DNA of 63,237 bases, the filler included, from Octopus bimaculoides (taxonomy: Eukaryota): NCBI RefSeq assembly GCF_001194135.2. It is 6 parts of 5 records of this genome, joined end to end, with 100 filler letters (N's around TTAATTAATTAA, not from the genome) between each part and the next. Parts side by side here need not be neighbours in the genome. Positions count along the whole stretch, not along the records: positions 61,260 to 63,237 come from NC_069005.1; 5 more parts are not named here. The stretch is one strand, 5' to 3'. Below the pieces are notes generated by a model. It saw only the letters and a list, made by a program, of their open reading frames with translations. It did not search any database and was not told the DNA's origin. Position numbers and translations under genes: made by a program. Positions 63,208-63,237 of the stretch are shown here, one piece after another. Within the stretch, counting starts at the first letter, position 1. Every line of letters begins with the position of its first letter.

Positions 63208-63237
63208 AGCCCCAGGAGGAGATGTCCTCCTGGGGCT
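63208..63237. repeat. Perfect 13-bp GC-rich hairpin at the window end
   Basis: AGCCCCAGGAGGA-GATG-TCCTCCTGGGGCT. Confidence 0.75.

Overview
AT-rich, heavily gapped animal genomic DNA. It is probably an octopus/cephalopod draft assembly, inferred from my recollection of the SINE families and from microsatellite density, not from a search. Five 100-bp pads (44 N + TTAATTAATTAA + 44 N) split the window into six segments whose adjacency is unproven, and most other N gaps sit in collapsed (TA)n/(GA)n tracts. The window is dominated by transposon relics: three tRNA-headed SINE families, Naiad-type Penelope-like elements (RT + GIY-YIG), mariner, Tc1, hAT/Charlie, a long-TIR Academ-like element, a Helitron 5' part, Gypsy integrase, and R4/Dong-, HERO-, RTE- and CR1-type LINE fragments. 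Host coding sequence is sparse: one convincing Vav-like exon (60496-60573) and one unidentified candidate first coding exon (53956-54160, minus). The most notable signal, found by manual folding, is a set of minimal type-I hammerhead ribozymes with palindromic stem III. Three have intact catalytic cores (13610-13699 minus, 22779-22870 plus, 56338-56418 plus). One (13321-13400) would be completed only if a 38-bp spacer between perfect 20-bp inverted repeats were flipped, and several others are decayed. All family assignments come from motif recognition by eye.
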